Shown here piece after piece: positions 60,241 to 64,000 of a stretch of 64,000 bases of DNA. The stretch spans positions 125,682 through 189,681 of the forward strand of contig CAVSPA010000003.1 of the NCBI GenBank assembly GCA_963729715.1, in the 5' to 3' direction. The stretch's first letter is position 1; each line of letters starts with the position of its first letter. The notes under the pieces are model-generated. The model had not been told where the DNA came from. It ran no database searches and saw only the letters and a list, made by a program, of their open reading frames with translations. Source of the DNA: an uncultured delta proteobacterium (lineage in GTDB: Bacteria; Desulfobacterota; Syntrophia; Syntrophales; UBA2185). The position numbers were made by a program, and so were the translations under genes.

Positions 60241-61467
60241 GTGAAATATTTTAACAAAAGAGCGGTAATTAAGCCGATTGAAGGAATGTTTGACCGCAGC
60301 CGGAATTATCGGCGGGCAGTAGTGATCCCGTCATTGGCGGAAAGGGTGCACCTGCCCTTGACTATCAAATCGCTCTCGAACAGTATGCCGCGTGATATCC
60401 TCGACGATACCCTTGTTCTGGTGGTCGTGAACAATCGCCCGCCGGAATCGACCGACTCGGCAAATCAGACTGAACTCATGGAACAGATATATGATAACGC
60501 GCAGACGCTGAGGTGGCTGGAAGACATGAGTGCGAAGGGAGCGCTTCCGCTGGCTTGGATCGATACGTCTTCCCCAGGAAATGAACTTCCTCCCCGGGGG
60601 GGTGTCGGCCTTGCCCGGAAGATCGGATGCGACAGCGTGCTTGCTTTCTTATTGGAGCTGAGCAAACCGGATGCCCTTGATGATTTTGTTTTCTTCAGTC
60701 TTGATGCGGATGCTATCGTATCTCCCGACTACCTGGAGACTGCGGGGCGCGAGCTCATGAAGAGTGGATGCACGGGAGGGGTCATTTCTTTCAAACACCA
60801 GGAGGCGGACTCTCCTGAGAGTCAGGCTGCCATTGACGAGTACGAGGCATTTCTAAATTACTATGTTAAAGGTCTCCGCTGGGCCGGTTCGCCATATGCC
60901 TTTCACACCATCGGCTCCTGCCTCTGCTTTACCGCTTCCGGTTACATCCGCGCCGGCGGCTTCTCCGCCCGCAGGCAGGCGGGGGAAGACTTCTACTTCT
61001 GCATGGAACTCGCCAAAACGGGCGCTATCCGCGAAATACAAAAGACCATGGTCTTCCCTTCCGCGCGCATTTCCCGGCGCGTGCCGTTCGGCACGGGTAA
61101 GCGCATGGCGGAAGCAACCTTGGATGGCAGGAAGCCTCCTCTATCGTATGATTTTCGGGTGTTTGTCTGTCTGCGGGAACTCCTTACAGCGGTATCCACC
61201 TATACTGATGAAGGGGCTCCGCGAATATTCGCCGAACTTACGAATCACTCGACCAGGGAATTTCTGGAAAGTCGCGGATTTCCGAACATCTGGGGACGTT
61301 TCCGGAGACAATATAAAACCGAAGACGCAATGCTTACCGCCTTCCACCGCTGGTTCGATGGATTTGTCACGCTTAAGTATATCCACCGGCTCACGGAAAA
61401 AGAATGGCCCCGGCGGTCCCTAGAGGAAATTTATCAGACCGATTGTTACCGGAGCAGCATTACTTAA
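60241..61467 (+). CDS. GT-A fold (GT2-like) uncharacterised protein
   Basis: VVIP, LDADA (DxD), AGEDFYF, PSAR.S.RVPFGTG. Confidence 0.75.
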   Translation: MKYFNKRAVIKPIEGMFDRSRNYRRAVVIPSLAERVHLPLTIKSLSNSMPRDILDDTLVLVVVNNRPPESTDSANQTELMEQIYDNAQTLRWLEDMSAKGALPLAWIDTSSPGNELPPRGGVGLARKIGCDSVLAFLLELSKPDALDDFVFFSLDADAIVSPDYLETAGRELMKSGCTGGVISFKHQEADSPESQAAIDEYEAFLNYYVKGLRWAGSPYAFHTIGSCLCFTASGYIRAGGFSARRQAGEDFYFCMELAKTGAIREIQKTMVFPSARISRRVPFGTGKRMAEATLDGRKPPLSYDFRVFVCLRELLTAVSTYTDEGAPRIFAELTNHSTREFLESRGFPNIWGRFRRQYKTEDAMLTAFHRWFDGFVTLKYIHRLTEKEWPRRSLEEIYQTDCYRSSIT

Positions 61468-61555
61468 TTTGCATCCGCGCCTGCCGTACCGGTCATATAT
61501 TCTGTTTCCACGTTTGCGTCTGCATCGTAGGCTTTTGTCGCGATGGCACAGCGCG

Positions 61556-61606
61556 TTGAGGCTCTCTGCAGCAAGCTACGGGGAATACGCTCGCTACCGA
61601 ATTCAC
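61556..61606 (-). repeat. Dispersed palindromic repeat, copy 3 (inverted)
   Basis: Reverse complement GTGAATTCGGTAGCGAGCGTATTCCCCGTAGCTTGCTGCAGAGAGCCTCAA. Confidence 0.8.
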
Positions 61607-61608
61607 AA

Positions 61609-62109
61609 TCAATCGACCCGCCGGAACATTGATCCCTTGGTTCCGCAGACGGGACATATGGCCGGCGCTTCCTTCTCCGCCGTCATTCCGCAGACGGGAC
61701 AGATATAATAGGGATAGGACTCCTGAGGTTTCCCCAGGCTATCCAGGATAGCTTGATAAAGCTGAGCGTGAATTTTTTCCACGTCATTGGCATAGCTGAA
61801 TGACCTTAGACCCACCTTGTGTCCTTCCGCCTTAGCCGCTTCGATCATTTCCGGATACATCTTCGTAAACTCATGGGTTTCCCCGGCGATGGCCTCCAGT
61901 AGATTTTCCTTCGTGCTCCTTATGCCATTGAGCGCCCTAAGATGACTGTGAGCATGGATCGTCTCCGCCTCCGCTGCAGCCCGGAAGAGACGCGCAACCT
62001 GGGGATAGCCTTCCTGGTCGGCTTTGGTTGCAAAGGCCAGATATCTGCGATTTGCCTGAGACTCGCCTGCAAATGCTTCTTTTAGATACTGTTCTGTCTT
62101 CGACATCAT
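61609..62109 (-). CDS. rbr: Rubrerythrin
   Basis: AFAGESQANRRY, ETIH, GETHE, EKIH, CPVCG...CPVCG. Confidence 0.95.
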   Translation of the reverse strand: MMSKTEQYLKEAFAGESQANRRYLAFATKADQEGYPQVARLFRAAAEAETIHAHSHLRALNGIRSTKENLLEAIAGETHEFTKMYPEMIEAAKAEGHKVGLRSFSYANDVEKIHAQLYQAILDSLGKPQESYPYYICPVCGMTAEKEAPAICPVCGTKGSMFRRVD

Positions 62110-62124
62110 TCCACCTCCTGAAAA

Positions 62125-62535
62125 TTATATTTTGGACTTTCTCCCCCGGTTACACTTCGGACAAACTCCGTAAAAATCGACATGGTTTCCCGTTATTTCG
62201 TAGTCACACCTTTCGCCATCCGTTAAATCGAGCGCAAAATTCCGGTGAACATCAATAATCGCCCTGCATCCCATGCATATTAAATGATGGTGTGGTTTTG
62301 TATTCGAATCGAAGCGCTTTTTTTGGGGATCAATGGATAATTCACGAACATGCATTTTCTCCCTCAAGGTCTCGAGGGTATTGTATACCGTGGCGAAGGA
62401 CATCATCGGGTGTTTTTCCGATACAGCTTTAAATATATCGCTTGCGGACGGATGCGATTTATTGCCCTCAAGGTATTCGAGGATAGCGAGCCTCTGAGGG
62501 GTAAGTTTTATCGGATATTTCTTTTTGTGTGTCAT
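62125..62535 (-). CDS. perR: Fur-family regulator, PerR-like
   Basis: LTPQRLAIL, HPSA, SFATVYNTL, HHHLICMGC, CPKC; directly upstream of rbr. Confidence 0.8.
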   Translation of the reverse strand: MTHKKKYPIKLTPQRLAILEYLEGNKSHPSASDIFKAVSEKHPMMSFATVYNTLETLREKMHVRELSIDPQKKRFDSNTKPHHHLICMGCRAIIDVHRNFALDLTDGERCDYEITGNHVDFYGVCPKCNRGRKSKI

Positions 62536-62551
62536 CAGCGTTACTTCTAAT

Positions 62552-62566
62552 TTAGAATGATTATAA
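62552..62566. promoter_or_regulatory. Per-box-like operator
   Basis: TTAGAATGATTATAA, one mismatch to TTATAATnATTATAA, overlapping a minus-strand TATAAT. Confidence 0.7.
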
Positions 62567-62766
62567 CATAAGAATTATTCTTGTAAACAATTTTTTTCAG
62601 CGGTCGCGGCAGATGCGATGGTCGCAGATTCTGCACGTATTACTCGTGGTTATGTGTTTTCTGACATATTGACAAGCTTTGCTACATAGGTAGAATATAA
62701 ATGTTCGTGCGTCTCGTTTATCAGTTAATTTCTTCTTTTCATATATTCGTCGTTTGAATGTGGGTC

Positions 62767-62885
62767 GTGAATCCGGCAGCGAGCGCAAACGCCTTCGCTT
62801 GCTGCGGGGAATGCGAGCGAATGGGGTAGACTATTGTTCCTTAAGGATCGGAGATTTTCCGCAGTTTACTGCGGAGAGCTTCAAT
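62767..62885 (+). repeat. Dispersed palindromic repeat, long composite copy 4
   Basis: Same ends (GTGAATCCGGCAGCGAGCGCA...CTGCGGAGAGCTTCAAT) with an additional internal segment. Confidence 0.75.
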
Positions 62886-62976
62886 TTACTCTTTTGTTTA
62901 CCTACAACTCTTGCTAGGATTCAGGACGGGCAGTCCTTGAGTCTATGCGAGACCTCACCGGGAAAGGAGGTACTGT

Positions 62977-64000
62977 ATGAACATTCTCAGAATCGATATG
63001 GGGGCCAGCGATGGTCCAAAAGTAAGTGTCGTTCCATCGGGGGAATATGCCGGATTAGGAGGACGGGCGCTCACCTCTTCCGTTATCTCCAAGGAAGTAC
63101 CCCCGCTATGTCATCCATTGAGCGAGGACAATAAACTCGTTATCGCGCCGGGACTGTTGAGCGGAACCGCTGCCGCCCAATCGGGCCGCATTTCCGTGGG
63201 TTGCAAAAGCCCGCTGACGGGTGGCATCAAAGAGTCAAACTCAGGAGGGCAGGCCTCCCAGGTACTCGCGAGATTGGGCTATCAGGCGATCATCCTGGAA
63301 GGAAAACCCAAAGAGGGGAATCTCTATAAGATCTTCATCAATAAGGACGGTGTGAAGATAACGCCCGACAGCAGTCTCTGCATGCTCGGCAATTATGACC
63401 TGGTAGAAAAGATGAAGAAGGAGTATGGCGACAAGGTGGCCTGCATCTCCGTCGGGCCTGCGGGCGAGATGAAGATGTCCGCCGCCTCAGTGGCCTTTAC
63501 CGATATGGAACAGCGGCCTACACGCCATGCCGGGAGAGGAGGTCCCGGGGCAGTCATGGGCTCCAAGGGTGTGAAGGTAATAGTCCTCGACGACACGGGT
63601 TTGTCGAATCGCACTGCCAAAGACCCGGAGAAACTCAGAACGGCCAATAAAACATTCGTCGATGGTCTCAGGAAACATCCGGTTACCGGCGAGGGGCTTC
63701 CTGCTTTTGGGACCAACGTACTGGCCAACGTAATCAATGAAGCGGGCGCATATCCGACGCATAATTTCCAGTGGGGACGCTTTCTCGGTACTTCCAAGAT
63801 CAGCGGCGAAACGCAGGCCGAAACGGAGAAGGCACGCGGCGGCATTCCCACGCATGGCTGTCACCGGGGATGCGTGATCCAATGTTCGGGTATATACACG
63901 GATAAAGATGGTCATTACCTGACCAAACAACCGGAATATGAGACGGTCTGGGCCCATGGCGCAAACTGCGGGATCGACGACCTCGATGCGATTGCTAATC
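62977..64000 (+). CDS. aor: Aldehyde:ferredoxin oxidoreductase family protein (truncated by the window end)
   Basis: AAGGAGG RBS; GLGGR, KSPLTGGIKESNSGG, GPAGE, AGRGG.GAVMGSKGVK, C..GC.IQC, PEYET. Absent from the ORF track because it has no stop in the window. Confidence 0.92.
   Translation, partial: MNILRIDMGASDGPKVSVVPSGEYAGLGGRALTSSVISKEVPPLCHPLSEDNKLVIAPGLLSGTAAAQSGRISVGCKSPLTGGIKESNSGGQASQVLARLGYQAIILEGKPKEGNLYKIFINKDGVKITPDSSLCMLGNYDLVEKMKKEYGDKVACISVGPAGEMKMSAASVAFTDMEQRPTRHAGRGGPGAVMGSKGVKVIVLDDTGLSNRTAKDPEKLRTANKTFVDGLRKHPVTGEGLPAFGTNVLANVINEAGAYPTHNFQWGRFLGTSKISGETQAETEKARGGIPTHGCHRGCVIQCSGIYTDKDGHYLTKQPEYETVWAHGANCGIDDLDAIAN

Noticed and set aside
1-64000. Complete reassignment of TAG to a sense codon
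   Set aside because: Many clear genes end at TAG where expected (for example 2951, 19445, 32454); only partial suppression remains possible.
1-64000. CRISPR array, tRNA, rRNA, intact transposase or selenoprotein TGA
   Set aside because: No regularly spaced repeats, cloverleafs, rRNA signatures, transposase ORFs or TGA-at-Cys positions were seen by eye.

Overview
A 64 kb accessory and housekeeping region, probably from an anaerobic Desulfobacterota (Syntrophales-like deltaproteobacterium; inferred from gene content, not from a marker gene). I see no rRNA, tRNA, CRISPR array or intact transposase. Signalling: a binding-protein-linked PAS histidine kinase with its receiver, a hybrid kinase, a GGDEF protein and a REC-PilZ fusion. 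Metabolism and transport: nifU-nifS-cysE, glgA, mgtA, MFS, MATE and a TetR-controlled RND efflux system. Protein, RNA and stress functions: two M16 peptidases, an RNB ribonuclease, a Bpt/ATE-type transferase, a sirtuin, a LexA-like repressor, PerR with rubrerythrin, and the 5' part of an aldehyde:ferredoxin oxidoreductase. Most notable observations: (1) a CysRS paralog with a rewritten zinc/cysteine pocket and no C-terminal anticodon region; (2) a duplicated non-coding motif near 46.1 and 46.7 kb with a covarying stem; (3) a 44-bp promoter motif in three gapless copies; (4) a 192-bp IS200/IS605-type miniature element whose precise removal restores an 89-aa ORF; (5) three genes interrupted by in-frame TAG; (6) a dispersed palindromic repeat in four copies. 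All calls were made by eye from motifs; no database search was run.
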